From assembly GCA_964187785.1 (NCBI GenBank), contig OZ076409.1, positions 76,882,001 through 76,946,000 of the forward strand: a DNA stretch of 64,000 nt. Reading direction: 5' to 3'. This stretch comes from Amphiscolops sp. MND2022. Its lineage: Eukaryota. Positions 63,591 through 64,000 of the stretch are shown here, piece after piece. The notes below the pieces were generated by a model, which worked only from the letters and a program-made list of their open reading frames with translations, was not told the DNA's origin and made no database searches. The position numbers and the translations under genes are program-made. The first letter of the stretch is position 1. Each line of letters opens with the position of its first letter.

Positions 63591-64000
63591 TTAACTTGGA
63601 TAAATTTTTGTTTAAAATTTTTCAGGCATCACATTCTTCTCTTTTTGTCTTCTCGTACGTGTTAAAAGTGATCATATCATTTGTTATCCTGGTTGCATTT
63701 TTTCTTATCATCTGGCCTTTTTTGTAGTTTTACTACGATGTTTGAAATTTTTTGGCAGTAATTACTTTTAATTCTCCTCCCTAACACAAATGCATCCCAA
63801 GCCGGAAGGGTGAGAACACGCTACAGATCTTCGCAACAGAGGACAACTTACAAGCTTAACCAAGAGAAATAAAACCAAGAATCGAATGACTTGTTTGATG
63901 ACAGAAATATTGAACAAACTTCAAAAATACAAAAGGTCTCGAATAATAAATTTACAGGAAAAATCCACAGACTCATTTTCGAATGATAAAGTGACTAAAA

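Overview
AT-rich eukaryotic (probably invertebrate) DNA made almost entirely of transposable elements; no host gene can be named with confidence. It contains two full-length Ty3/Gypsy (Mag-like) LTR retrotransposons (11150-17204 minus; 25941-31870 plus), both with 5-bp TSDs, a tRNA-Ser-type PBS and an atypical WLDD reverse-transcriptase motif. The 3' third of a related element (open integrase ORF plus one LTR) lies inside a foldback element bounded by an 8-bp TSD (44581-47299). Also present: a CR1/L2-group LINE ORF2 with one frameshift, a decayed hAT-type transposase, at least two families of DINE-1/Helentron-like non-autonomous elements (some with tRNA-like Pol III boxes), a Merlin-like MITE, several palindromes and a 3 x ~975-bp tandem triplication. 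The most unusual item is an ORF missing from the supplied track because it runs off the left edge (781 to <1, minus, at least 260 codons). It joins a Gypsy/Ginger integrase HHCC zinc-binding domain to an OTU-like cysteine-protease domain with no DDE core between them. All domain calls are by-eye motif recognition; no searches were run.
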